This document shows, piece by piece, positions 28,875 to 38,756 of a DNA stretch of 64,000 nt. A program made the translations under genes and the position numbers. Origin of the DNA: an uncultured Bacteroides sp. (lineage in GTDB: Bacteria > Bacillota > Clostridia > Oscillospirales > Acutalibacteraceae). How positions within the stretch are numbered: position 1 is the first letter of the stretch; each line of letters opens with the position of its first letter. The notes below the pieces were generated by a model. It had not been told where the DNA came from. It was given only the letters and a program-made list of their open reading frames with translations, and made no database searches. The stretch covers positions 211,425-275,424 of the forward strand of contig CAYRBT010000001.1 in NCBI GenBank assembly GCA_964422655.1. The letters run 5' to 3'.

Positions 28875-31800
28875 ATGAACAGATTTGCAAATTATTTTTC
28901 GGAATATGTTGATAAAAATATACTTGCGCTTATAGGAAACGCAGAGATAACGGATTTTACCGTGTCAAGACAGGAGAGAACTCTAAAGGTAGGACTTTTT
29001 CTTGACAGCTTTGTAGATTATTCCGTTATGAAATCGGCGGGAAGCTCAATTGCCGAAAAAATGCAGCTTCACAGGGCTAATATAAATCCCCGTTTTCCGA
29101 AAAGCACATTTGATATACATAATATTGAAAAAATACTTGAATATGTAAAAAGTGATATTCCTGCGGCAAACGGATTTTTTGAGGGCGCCGAGGCTGAAAT
29201 TGAGGACACAACCCTGACCGTTTTTCTTAAAAAAGGCGGCAAGGATGTTCTTGAAAGCAAAAGGGTTGATGTTCAAATAAGCAAAAGGCTTGACAGTCTT
29301 TTCGGTATGGACCTTGATGTTTCATTTATGGAGGTTCAGGCTTTTGATATTGAAAAGGCGGTAAGAGAGGCTGTTGAAGAAAAGCGCCACGAGGAAGAGC
29401 TCAAGCGCGAGGAGCAGCTTAAAAATGTTGTCCACGAAATATGGGACGAGCTTCCGCTTTATAAGGATACAATCAAAAGAATTTACGGCAAAGCAATTAC
29501 GGAAAAGCCAAAGGCAATCAAGGATGTTTCTGCCGATGACGGCTACATAACTGTTTGGGGAGATGTCATCAAATCAGAGGTAAAGGAAACAAAAAGAGGA
29601 ACAAGCAAGATCTTTGATTTTGACATAACAGACTACACCTCGTCCATGACCGTAAAAATGTTTGATGACAAAAATCTCGTTGACAGTATTGTAAACGCTT
29701 TGTCCGAAAACAAGACTCTTTTAATCAGCGGCAGCTATCAGTTTGATACCTTTTCAAATCAATATGTGTTAAGACCGAGAGCAATCTGCGGTATTGTTAA
29801 AACCGAAAAAACCGACGACGAGGAGGAAAAGAGGGTTGAGCTTCACCTGCACACCTCTTTGTCCGAAATGGACGGTATTTCAGCACCCAAGGCTCTTATT
29901 AACAGAGCTATAAAGTGGGGGCACAAGGCAATTGCCGTAACAGACCACGGTGTTGTTCAGGCTCTGCCGGAGGCGTATAATGCCGCAAAGGGAAAAATTA
30001 AGCTCATTCTCGGTATGGAGGGGTATCTTGTTGATGATGAACAGTATCCCAATTTCCTAACGATGAAGCGTAATGAGTACAAAAGGCACCATGTTATCCT
30101 GCTTGTAAAAGAGGATACATCTCTTGATGAGAGTATTCCAAAGGAAGAAAGAAAGTACGGCAGAAAAAATTTGTACGAAATGATTTCTGCTTCAAATGTA
30201 AAATATTATAAAGCCCGTCCTCTTATTCCCAAATCGCTTCTTGCAAAGAAAAGGGACGGAATAATCGTTGGCTCTGCCTGTGAACAGGGCGAGCTTTATC
30301 AGGCAATTCTTGAAGAAAAATCCGACGAAGAGCTTGAAAGAATTGCTTCATTTTATGATTATCTTGAAATTCAGCCCAACGGAAACAATGCCTTTATGCT
30401 TCGTACAAGCAGTGAGGAGTATATTAAGAACAAAAAGGGCGAGGAAAAGAAAAATCTTCACTGGAAGGTTAACACCGAAGAAGATTTGATAAACATAAAT
30501 AAAAAGATTATCGCTATCGGTGATAAGCTCGGTAAGATGACTGTTGCAACAGGCGATGTCCATTTCCTTGATGAAAAGGACGCAAGGTTCCGTGCAATCA
30601 TAATGGCATCAAAGGGCTTTGACGATGCTGATGAGCAGGCTCCTCTTTATTTCAAAACAACAAGAGAAATGCTCGACGATTTTGCGTGGGCAGGAGATAG
30701 GGCAAGAGAATTTGTCATTGATAACCCAAACAAAATCGCAGACAGTATAATGGATAATATTCCGCCCATCCCGCCCGGAACCTTCCAGCCTCATATTGAC
30801 GGGGCTAATGAGGAGCTTACCGAAAAATGCTGGAACAGAGCAAAGGAGCTTTACGGCGATCCTGTGCCCGAATATGTTGCTTCAAGGCTTCAAAGAGAGC
30901 TTGATTCGATTATAGGTCACGGCTTCGGAGTGCTTTATGTAATTGCAAAAAGACTTGTTGAGGAAAGTGAAAGAAACGGCTACCTTGTTGGCTCAAGAGG
31001 CTCGGTCGGATCGTCCTTTGCCGCTCATATGGGCGGTATTTCAGAGGTTAATCCGCTTGCACCTCACTATTACTGCACAAGGTGTAAGCACAGCGAGTTT
31101 ATCCTTGACGGCTCGGTAGGCTCCGGATTTGATCTTCCTGTTAAAAATTGTCCTAACTGCAATGTTCCAATGAAGCGCGACGGCCACGAAATTCCGTTTG
31201 AAACCTTCCTCGGCTTTGACGGTGACAAGGAGCCTGATATCGACCTTAACTTTTCGGGCGAATATCAGTCACGCTCGCATAGATATACAGAGGAGCTTTT
31301 CGGTAAGGAATATGTGTTCAAGGCAGGAACAATGGCAACCGTTGCCGATAAAACCGCATATGGCTATGTTATGAAATACCTTGACGAGAGAGGTCAGCTT
31401 GCTTTAACGCCAAAGGCTGAAATTGACAGGCTCACAGTAGGCTGTACCGGAATTAAGCGTACAACAGGTCAGCACCCCGGCGGTATGGTAGTTGTTCCCG
31501 ATAAATATACTGTTGAGGATTTCACACCTATTCAGTATCCCTCAAACGATGAGAAAAAGGGTACATATACAACACATTTTGACTTTAAAAATTCGCTTCA
31601 TGATACTCTTTTAAAGCTTGATGAGCTTGGACACGATAATCCCACTCTTTATAAGTATCTTGAGGATTTAACGGGCATACCCGTAATGGATGTTGATTTG
31701 TGCGACCCTAATTTATACAAGCTCATAACATCAACTGAGCCTATCGGCGTTTCACCCGAGGATATAGACTGTAATACGGGAACGCTTGCAATTCCCGAAA

Positions 31801-32720
31801 TGGGCACACCGTTTGTTATCGGAATGCTCGAGGAGGCACAGCCAAAAACCTTTTCCGACCTTCTTCAGATTTCAGGTCTTTCACACGGAACGGATGTATG
31901 GCTCGGTAATGCACAGGAGCTTATTAAAAACGGAACCTGCACAATTTCAGATGTTATCGGCTGTCGTGACGATATTATGACTCACCTTATCCATGTTGCC
32001 GAGGATTATGAGAAAAAAACAGGCAAGGAATCACCGCTTTCCAAAAAGGACTGCTTCAAAATTATGGAATACACCCGAAAGGGTAAGGCTCCAAAGGAGC
32101 TTCCGCCATATGAGGATGCTATGAAAACCATAGGCGTTGAGCAGTGGTATATTGATTCCTGCTATAAGATCAAATATATGTTCCCTAAGGCTCACGCGGC
32201 TGCATATGTAATTGCCGCTTTGCGTCTTGCGTGGTACAAAATCTATAAGCCCATCGAATTCTATGCGGCATATTTTACCGTACGAGGCGGTGCAATTGAC
32301 GCTGTTTCGGCAGTTGAGGGAAAAGCCGCCGTTAAGAGAAAGATGGACGAGTTCAACGCAAAGAAAAAGGCAGGCACACCGATTACGGCAAAAGAGGAAT
32401 CAACCTATGTTGTAAACCAGATTGTAATTGAAATGCTTGCAAGGGGAATAGAATTTTTGCCCGTTGATATTTATAAATCCGACTCAAGAATTTATAGGAT
32501 TGAAGACGGGAAAATCCGTTTGCCATTCGGCGCTATCGACGGTATCGGCGAAACGGCTGCCGCCGCAATTGCAAATTCAAGAAATGACGGCGGAGGAGAA
32601 TTCCTGTCATATGACGACCTGATGGCAAGAGCAGGTATCGGAAAGAGCGTTGTTGACTCGCTGAAAAATGCAAATGCGCTCGGTGATATGCCGGAATCTA
32701 ATCAAATTTCTTTGTTTTAA
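28875..32720 (+). CDS. polC: DNA polymerase III PolC-type lacking the inserted 3'-5' exonuclease domain
   Basis: OB fold, PHP (HLHT, TDHG, GSAC, GDVH), VGSRGSVGSS, PDIDL, TTGQHPGG, FPKAHAAAY, C-terminal QISLF clamp motif; 1281 aa. Confidence 0.96.
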   Translation: MNRFANYFSEYVDKNILALIGNAEITDFTVSRQERTLKVGLFLDSFVDYSVMKSAGSSIAEKMQLHRANINPRFPKSTFDIHNIEKILEYVKSDIPAANGFFEGAEAEIEDTTLTVFLKKGGKDVLESKRVDVQISKRLDSLFGMDLDVSFMEVQAFDIEKAVREAVEEKRHEEELKREEQLKNVVHEIWDELPLYKDTIKRIYGKAITEKPKAIKDVSADDGYITVWGDVIKSEVKETKRGTSKIFDFDITDYTSSMTVKMFDDKNLVDSIVNALSENKTLLISGSYQFDTFSNQYVLRPRAICGIVKTEKTDDEEEKRVELHLHTSLSEMDGISAPKALINRAIKWGHKAIAVTDHGVVQALPEAYNAAKGKIKLILGMEGYLVDDEQYPNFLTMKRNEYKRHHVILLVKEDTSLDESIPKEERKYGRKNLYEMISASNVKYYKARPLIPKSLLAKKRDGIIVGSACEQGELYQAILEEKSDEELERIASFYDYLEIQPNGNNAFMLRTSSEEYIKNKKGEEKKNLHWKVNTEEDLININKKIIAIGDKLGKMTVATGDVHFLDEKDARFRAIIMASKGFDDADEQAPLYFKTTREMLDDFAWAGDRAREFVIDNPNKIADSIMDNIPPIPPGTFQPHIDGANEELTEKCWNRAKELYGDPVPEYVASRLQRELDSIIGHGFGVLYVIAKRLVEESERNGYLVGSRGSVGSSFAAHMGGISEVNPLAPHYYCTRCKHSEFILDGSVGSGFDLPVKNCPNCNVPMKRDGHEIPFETFLGFDGDKEPDIDLNFSGEYQSRSHRYTEELFGKEYVFKAGTMATVADKTAYGYVMKYLDERGQLALTPKAEIDRLTVGCTGIKRTTGQHPGGMVVVPDKYTVEDFTPIQYPSNDEKKGTYTTHFDFKNSLHDTLLKLDELGHDNPTLYKYLEDLTGIPVMDVDLCDPNLYKLITSTEPIGVSPEDIDCNTGTLAIPEMGTPFVIGMLEEAQPKTFSDLLQISGLSHGTDVWLGNAQELIKNGTCTISDVIGCRDDIMTHLIHVAEDYEKKTGKESPLSKKDCFKIMEYTRKGKAPKELPPYEDAMKTIGVEQWYIDSCYKIKYMFPKAHAAAYVIAALRLAWYKIYKPIEFYAAYFTVRGGAIDAVSAVEGKAAVKRKMDEFNAKKKAGTPITAKEESTYVVNQIVIEMLARGIEFLPVDIYKSDSRIYRIEDGKIRLPFGAIDGIGETAAAAIANSRNDGGGEFLSYDDLMARAGIGKSVVDSLKNANALGDMPESNQISLF

Positions 32721-32742
32721 TAAGTAATTATATATTTTAATC

Positions 32743-32771
32743 TTGACATATTTGTTGTAGTGTGGTAGCAT
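32743..32771 (+). promoter_or_regulatory. Sigma-A promoter of his operon
   Basis: TTGACA-17 nt-TAGCAT with TGTG extension. Confidence 0.75.
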
Positions 32772-32776
32772 ATTAC

Positions 32777-32796
32777 CACTCTACTACACTAAAGTA
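32777..32796. promoter_or_regulatory. Putative HisR (YerC/TrpR-like) operator
   Basis: CACTCTA-N6-TAAAGTA, one mismatch to the recalled YACTTTA-N6-TAAAGTR palindrome; between -10 and RBS. Confidence 0.6.
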
Positions 32797-32812
32797 TCTA
32801 AGGAGATACACA

Positions 32813-34426
32813 ATGAAAAGATATTCAAAATTAACACCGCAGGGAAGCAGAGATTTGCTTTTTGAGGAATGTGATGACAGAAGAAAGGTCGAGGCAATAC
32901 TCTCTCAGCTTTTTAAAGAAAATTCATACAGAAAGGTTATGACTCCCACTATCGAATACTTTGATGTGTTCGCAAGCGAAAGGCTTGGTACCGAGCCTGA
33001 GGAGATGTATAAGCTTTCCGATAATTTGGGTAGGACAACAGTTTTACGCCCCGATAATACCGCACCTATTGCAAGGCTTGTGGCAACAAGGCTTTCTGCC
33101 GAGGACTTTCCCGTAAGGCTTTATTACAATCAAAATGTTTATGTCCGCAACAAACAGCTTGCAGGCAGAACGGATGAAATTGAGCAAAGCGGAATTGAGT
33201 TTATCGGCGATTCAAGCATGGAGGCTGATATTGAGGTAATGTCAATTGCGTATGAGGCGCTCAAGAGAAATGAGGTTAACTCGTTTAAAATAGAGCTTTG
33301 TCACGCAGGCTTCTTTAATACAATTCTTGATAAAATGAATTTGACATCAACTCAAAAAGCAGATATATGCAATTTTATTGAGAGCAAAAGCTACGCCGCA
33401 CTCGGTGATTTTCTTGATACCCTGCCAAACAGCAGAGAGGCGCAGGTTATAAGACGCCTGCCAAGGCTTTTCGGCGGTGCTGATGTTATAGACGAGGCAA
33501 AACAGCTTTATTCCGATAACGAAACAGACAAGGCTCTCAGCTATCTTAAAACAGTTTACGAAAGATTATGTGAGCTTGGCTTGGGAGATAATATTCTTAT
33601 CGACCTCGGGCTTGTTAACAGAAGCAATTATTATACGGGCATTATATTCCGCGGTTATGCACAGGGAAGCGGACTTACGATTATTTCGGGCGGACGCTAC
33701 GACAATCTTATCGGCGAGTTCGGACTCGACGCTCCTGCTGTGGGATTTGGCGTAAATGTCAATGCGCTTTGCGATGTTATGAGAGAAGAGATAAATATTG
33801 ACAGACCGCTCAGAATTGCGCTTACTAAGGGCAGACTTGAAAAGTCCTCCGTATCTCTTTTCAAAACAATGGGGCTTGATACCTCTGAGCTTGAAAATAA
33901 GGGCAGACGGCTCATTCTACCCGTAGGGAATTTTGAGGCGGTTTTGTCAAAGGCTCCCGATGTAATCACCTATGTCGAGCACGGAGTGTGCGATATCGGA
34001 ATTGTCGGCAAGGATACCATTGTTGAGCACGGCAGTGCTTTTTATGAGGTTATCGACCTTAATATAGGTAAGTGTAGATTTGCTCTTGCCTGCCCAAAGG
34101 GTACGGATTTCTTTTCGGGCTATAAAAGAAAGGTTGTAGCAAGCAAATATCCTAAGGTTGCAAAAGAGTATTTTCAGTCAAAGGGTATGGATGTTGATAT
34201 CATAAAGATTGAGGGAAGCGTTGAGCTTGCTCCGCTTTTAGGTCTTGCAGACGGTATCGTCGATATAGTTGAAACAGGCTCCACGCTAAAAGAAAACGGA
34301 CTTGAGGTTGTTGACGAAATAATGCCTGTTTCTGCACGCGTTATTGTTAATATGGCGTCAATGAAGCTGAGAAAAAATGAAATTGACGCATTTTTGAGTG
34401 ACCTTGAATTAGCATCAAGGGTGTAA
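32813..34426 (+). CDS. hisZ-hisG: Fused ATP phosphoribosyltransferase regulatory subunit HisZ and short-form HisG
   Basis: N-part TPQGSRD, LRPDNT, YYTGIIF, GGRYD, AVGFG (HisZ); C-part RIALTKGR, DIGIVGKD, GSVELAPL.GLAD.IVDIVETGSTLKENGL (HisG); ATG after AGGAG. Confidence 0.93.
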   Translation: MKRYSKLTPQGSRDLLFEECDDRRKVEAILSQLFKENSYRKVMTPTIEYFDVFASERLGTEPEEMYKLSDNLGRTTVLRPDNTAPIARLVATRLSAEDFPVRLYYNQNVYVRNKQLAGRTDEIEQSGIEFIGDSSMEADIEVMSIAYEALKRNEVNSFKIELCHAGFFNTILDKMNLTSTQKADICNFIESKSYAALGDFLDTLPNSREAQVIRRLPRLFGGADVIDEAKQLYSDNETDKALSYLKTVYERLCELGLGDNILIDLGLVNRSNYYTGIIFRGYAQGSGLTIISGGRYDNLIGEFGLDAPAVGFGVNVNALCDVMREEINIDRPLRIALTKGRLEKSSVSLFKTMGLDTSELENKGRRLILPVGNFEAVLSKAPDVITYVEHGVCDIGIVGKDTIVEHGSAFYEVIDLNIGKCRFALACPKGTDFFSGYKRKVVASKYPKVAKEYFQSKGMDVDIIKIEGSVELAPLLGLADGIVDIVETGSTLKENGLEVVDEIMPVSARVIVNMASMKLRKNEIDAFLSDLELASRV

Positions 34427-34437
34427 GAGGTTTAGAT

Positions 34438-35721
34438 ATGAATATTACAAAAGCTAACGGAAAAACGGAATATGCTTTAATTGAAAGCCTTAAAAAGCGT
34501 GCAGGTGAAACCGACGCTAAAATCGTTGAGGCTGTTACCACAATTATCAATTCGGTCAAGGAGCAGGGCGACGATGCAGTAAGAGAATTTACTGCTCGCT
34601 TTGACGGTATGATACCTAAAAAGACAGTTGTTTCAAAGGAAGAGCTGTTATCATATCTTGATATGGTTGACGAGGATTTCAAAAGCGCTGTTATAAATGC
34701 AAAGGAAAATATATATAATTTTCATTTGCGTCAAGCTCAGCAGTCTTGGATGACTACCGAAGAAAACGGCGTTATTATGGGGCAGAGAGTAAGAGGTCTC
34801 AAAAGAGTCGGTATTTATGTCCCGGGTGGTACTGCCGCTTATCCGTCATCTGTTTTGATGAATGCAGTTCCTGCAAAAATTGCTGGCGTTGAAGAAATTA
34901 TTATGGTAACACCGCCGGGTAAGGACGGTAATCCAAATCCCGATATAATGGCTGCTGCCGCAGTTGCAGGTGTTGACAGGGTATTTCTTGTCGGCGGTGC
35001 ACAGGCTGTTGCCGCACTTGCCTACGGTACACAGACAATACCGAAGGTTGATAAAATTGTCGGACCGGGAAATATTTTTGTTGCAACGGCAAAAAAGCTT
35101 CTTTACGGTGTTGTTGATATTGACATGGTTGCAGGTCCGTCGGAAATTCTTATTGTTGCAGACAAAACGGCTAACCCTGCTTTTCTTGCCGCCGATTTAA
35201 TGAGTCAGGCAGAGCATGACAAAATGGCTTCGTCTATTTTGCTCACAACCTCGATGGAAATTGCAAGGGCAACCGCACGCGAAATTGACAGACAGATAAA
35301 ATATCTTCAAAGACAGGAAATTATTGAGCAGTCGCTTAACAATTTCGGTGAAATAATCGTATGCGAAAATCTTGAGCAGGCTATTGATTTTGCAAATGAG
35401 CTTGCCCCCGAGCACCTTGAAATGTGCGTTGAGGAGCCGCTTAAATATATAGGCAGGCTTGATAATGCAGGCTCGGTATTTTTGGGTAATTTCTCTCCCG
35501 AACCGCTCGGAGATTACTATGCAGGACCTAACCATGTTCTTCCGACAAGCGGTACGGCAAGATTTTTCTCGCCACTCGGTGTTGACAGCTTTATTAAGAA
35601 AAGCTCGTTCATTTACTATACCCGTGAGGAGCTTTCAAAAGCAAAGGACGATATAGTTAAGCTTGCAGATACAGAAGGACTTACCGCTCACGCAAATTCA
35701 ATCAAGGTAAGGTTTGAATAA
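34438..35721 (+). CDS. hisD: Histidinol dehydrogenase
   Basis: YVPGG, AGPSE, SQAEH, APEHLE, GDY.AGPNHVLPT. Confidence 0.98.
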   Translation: MNITKANGKTEYALIESLKKRAGETDAKIVEAVTTIINSVKEQGDDAVREFTARFDGMIPKKTVVSKEELLSYLDMVDEDFKSAVINAKENIYNFHLRQAQQSWMTTEENGVIMGQRVRGLKRVGIYVPGGTAAYPSSVLMNAVPAKIAGVEEIIMVTPPGKDGNPNPDIMAAAAVAGVDRVFLVGGAQAVAALAYGTQTIPKVDKIVGPGNIFVATAKKLLYGVVDIDMVAGPSEILIVADKTANPAFLAADLMSQAEHDKMASSILLTTSMEIARATAREIDRQIKYLQRQEIIEQSLNNFGEIIVCENLEQAIDFANELAPEHLEMCVEEPLKYIGRLDNAGSVFLGNFSPEPLGDYYAGPNHVLPTSGTARFFSPLGVDSFIKKSSFIYYTREELSKAKDDIVKLADTEGLTAHANSIKVRFE

Positions 35722-36599
35722 TGAGTAAAAGAAACAGCAATTCTTTAATTACATTTGCCGTTGTTTTGATTGTTGTTATTATGGGGCTGTTTTTCAGCCA
35801 AACCTCCAACCATATGGAAAATCAAAAAGTCGGCGACGGCACTACAATGACTGTCAGCTTCCTTGATGTCGGTCAGGGTGACTGTGAGCTTATTTCACTT
35901 CCCGACGGAAAGCTTATACTTATTGACTCGGGAGAGGCGGAATACTCACAAAAGGTAATTGATACGCTTAATTCCTATGACAGTGAAAAAATTGATTTTC
36001 TTGTCATTACACATCCGCATACAGACCATATGGGCGGTATGAGTGAAATAATAAACACCTTTGAAATAGGCGAGATTTATATGCCGAAGGTGTCAGCGTC
36101 TACACGCACCTTTGAAAATCTGCTTCAAACCATTGCCGATAATTCGCTTTCAATAAACACCGCAAAGGCAGGAAAGACAATATACAGCGAGGGCTTGATA
36201 GACATAAAGCTTCTTTCTCCTTGCTCTGAAAGCTATGATGAAACCAATAACTATTCTGCGGTTGTCAAGCTAACATACGATGAAAAATCCTTTCTGTTTA
36301 CAGGTGATGCCGAAAAAGAGGCGGAGCAGGAAATGCTTGCAAACTGCTATTCGGACCTTGACTGCGATGTTTTAAAGGTTTCGCACCACGCAAGCAGGTA
36401 TTCTACATCATCAAGCTTTTTAAGTGCCGTAGCTCCCGATTATGCTGTTATTGAGGTGGGTGCCGACAATCCCTACGGCCATCCGCATCAAAAGACGCTT
36501 GACAGATTAAACGATGCAGGCGTTCAGGTATATCGTACGGATATTTCGGGAGATATAACCTTTCTTTGTGACGGTAAAAGCATACAAATAGAGGAATAG
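35721..36599 (+). CDS. ComEC/Rec2-type MBL-fold hydrolase with N-terminal membrane anchor
   Basis: FLDVGQGD, THPHTDHMGG, LFTGD, KVSHH, NPYGHP. Confidence 0.85.
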   Translation: MSKRNSNSLITFAVVLIVVIMGLFFSQTSNHMENQKVGDGTTMTVSFLDVGQGDCELISLPDGKLILIDSGEAEYSQKVIDTLNSYDSEKIDFLVITHPHTDHMGGMSEIINTFEIGEIYMPKVSASTRTFENLLQTIADNSLSINTAKAGKTIYSEGLIDIKLLSPCSESYDETNNYSAVVKLTYDEKSFLFTGDAEKEAEQEMLANCYSDLDCDVLKVSHHASRYSTSSSFLSAVAPDYAVIEVGADNPYGHPHQKTLDRLNDAGVQVYRTDISGDITFLCDGKSIQIEE

Positions 36600-36608
36600 T
36601 GTTAATAT

Positions 36609-36809
36609 ATGAAATGGATAATCGACAGGCTTGAAAACGGCTTTGCCGTAGTTGAGCTTGAAAATAAAGAAATAATAAATATCCCTAAAAGCGCGTTGCC
36701 TGAAGGTGTACGCGAGGGTGATGTTATTTGTGTATCTGTTGACAGCAGAGAAACGCAGGACAGAAAAGAAAAAATTGACGGACTGATGAACAGTCTGTTT
36801 AAGGATTGA
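36609..36809 (+). CDS. DUF3006 family protein
   Basis: IIDRLE..FAVVE...LP.GV.EGD; typical partner of ComEC-like MBL proteins. Confidence 0.8.
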   Translation: MKWIIDRLENGFAVVELENKEIINIPKSALPEGVREGDVICVSVDSRETQDRKEKIDGLMNSLFKD

Positions 36810-36818
36810 GGTGGCAGA

Positions 36819-37397
36819 ATGAGAACAGCCGAAATAACCAGAAACACTAAGGAAACACAGATTTCCGTTAAGCTTTGTATTGACGGGGGAGAGGTTGACA
36901 TTTCAACAGGCATAGGCTTTTTTGACCATATGCTCACAGCCTTTGCCGTTCACGGAGGCTTTGGTCTTGAGGTCAGGGTTACAGGCGATTTGGAGGTCGA
37001 TACTCACCACACGGTTGAGGATACGGGTATTGCCTTAGGCAAGGCATTTAAGGAAGCACTCGGTGATATGAGCGGTATTGAAAGATACGGAAGCTTTTCA
37101 ATTCCTATGGACGAAAGCCTGGCAATGTGCATCCTTGATATTTCAAACAGACCGTTTCTTGTTTTCAAGGCTTCATTTGAGCAGGAGCTTTGCGGTGATT
37201 ACGAAACCTGCGTTACTGAAGAATTTTTCAGAGCCTTTGCAATGAATTCCTGCATAACGCTTCACATCAGCGTGCCTTACGGAGCAAATGCTCACCACGA
37301 GATAGAAGCGATATTTAAGGCTGTTGCACACGCAATGAAGATTGCCGTTAAAAGAAACAGCGACGGCGCAGTGCTGTCAACAAAGGGAGTGCTTTAA
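36819..37397 (+). CDS. hisB: Imidazoleglycerol-phosphate dehydratase
   Basis: RNTKET, FFDHML, DTHHTVED, NAHHEIE, STKGVL. Confidence 0.97.
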   Translation: MRTAEITRNTKETQISVKLCIDGGEVDISTGIGFFDHMLTAFAVHGGFGLEVRVTGDLEVDTHHTVEDTGIALGKAFKEALGDMSGIERYGSFSIPMDESLAMCILDISNRPFLVFKASFEQELCGDYETCVTEEFFRAFAMNSCITLHISVPYGANAHHEIEAIFKAVAHAMKIAVKRNSDGAVLSTKGVL

Positions 37398-38110
37398 TGA
37401 TTATTTTTCCTGCTATTGATATTATAGGCGGTAAGCCTGTAAGACTTTATAAGGGCAATTTTTCAACCGCTTTTCAGGTTGCCGAGGACGCCATGCAGAC
37501 TGCCGAGCAATTTGTTAAGTCGGGCTGTGAATGGATACATATGGTTGATCTTGACGGCTCGCTGAAAAAAGAGCCTGTCAATGCAAAAACCTTTATTGAT
37601 GTTGCAAATCAGACCTCGCTAAAGGTTGAGCTTGGCGGCGGAATAAGAACAATGAAGGATATTGATTTTTATATCAATAATAACATCAGCCGTGTTATTC
37701 TCGGCTCGGTTGCACTTAAAAATCCGTCACTTGTTGAAGAGGCGGTTAAGGAATTCGGCGACGCAATTGCAGTGGGAATAGACGCCAAAAACGGCTATGT
37801 GGCAACAGAGGGCTGGATTGAAAAAAGCGATGTTTATTTTACCGACCTTGCAAAAAGAATGGAGGCTGTCGGTGTTAAAACAATTATCTTTACCGATATA
37901 AGTAAGGACGGTACTCTCTCGGGACCTAATCTTGAACAGCTTGTTGAAATCAATGAGGCGGTATCATGCAATATTACTGCATCGGGCGGTGTTACAACCA
38001 TAACCGATATTCTTGCACTCAAAGATAAAAGCCTTTACGGTGCAATCTGCGGTAAGGCTATATATCAAAATACTCTTGACTTGTCCGAGGCAGTGGAGGT
38101 GTGCAGATGA
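37397..38110 (+). CDS. hisA: ProFAR isomerase
   Basis: [33 protein letters not shown]. Confidence 0.95.
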   Translation: MIIFPAIDIIGGKPVRLYKGNFSTAFQVAEDAMQTAEQFVKSGCEWIHMVDLDGSLKKEPVNAKTFIDVANQTSLKVELGGGIRTMKDIDFYINNNISRVILGSVALKNPSLVEEAVKEFGDAIAVGIDAKNGYVATEGWIEKSDVYFTDLAKRMEAVGVKTIIFTDISKDGTLSGPNLEQLVEINEAVSCNITASGGVTTITDILALKDKSLYGAICGKAIYQNTLDLSEAVEVCR

Positions 38111-38433
38111 TAGATGTAGAAAAATATTTCAAAAAAGGCGATTTGCTTCCGGCGATTATTCAGGAGGAGTCAACGGGCGAGGTTTTAATGCTTGCCTATA
38201 TGAACAGAGAGTCGATGAAAAAAACACTTGAAACAGGCTATACTTGGTTTTATTCACGCTCAAGACAGGAGCTTTGGAATAAAGGCGCAACCTCCGGTCA
38301 TTTTCAAAAAATCGTTTCAATTCACGGTGATTGCGACGATGATACGCTTCTTATTAAGGTAATACAGACGGGACCTGCCTGCCACACAGGCAGTCACTCC
38401 TGCTTTTTCAATAAAATAGAAGGAGAATTCTGA
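38101..38433 (+). CDS. hisI: Phosphoribosyl-AMP cyclohydrolase
   Basis: [28 protein letters not shown]. Confidence 0.96.
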   Translation: MQMIDVEKYFKKGDLLPAIIQEESTGEVLMLAYMNRESMKKTLETGYTWFYSRSRQELWNKGATSGHFQKIVSIHGDCDDDTLLIKVIQTGPACHTGSHSCFFNKIEGEF

Positions 38434-38756
38434 TGGATTATATCAAAAACGAATATCAGGTGATTCTTGACAGACGAGCTGATAATCAGGAGGGCTCATA
38501 CACCTGCTATCTCTTTGAAAAGGGAATTGACAAAATTCTTAAAAAGGTCGGCGAGGAATGTACCGAGATGGTAATCGCCGCAAAAAATAATGATAAAGAG
38601 GAAACTGTTTACGAAATAACCGACCTTATTTATCACACGCTTGTAATGATGGCTAATCAGGGAATTACACCTGAGGATATCGAAGAAGAGCTGAAAAAAA
38701 GAGCCGAAAAGGCAGGCAATCTTAAAAAATTTCACACGGTAGATAAGAATACATAA
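38433..38756 (+). CDS. hisE: Phosphoribosyl-ATP pyrophosphohydrolase
   Basis: GSYT..L, KKVGEE..E, EITDLIYH. Confidence 0.95.
   Translation: MDYIKNEYQVILDRRADNQEGSYTCYLFEKGIDKILKKVGEECTEMVIAAKNNDKEETVYEITDLIYHTLVMMANQGITPEDIEEELKKRAEKAGNLKKFHTVDKNT

Noticed and set aside
32720-32812. His leader peptide or T-box attenuator
   Set aside because: No His-codon run or terminator; the promoter plus HisR-like operator explains the region.
35721-36599. Full competence channel ComEC
   Set aside because: Only the MBL domain with one TM anchor is present; the multi-TM competence domain is absent.
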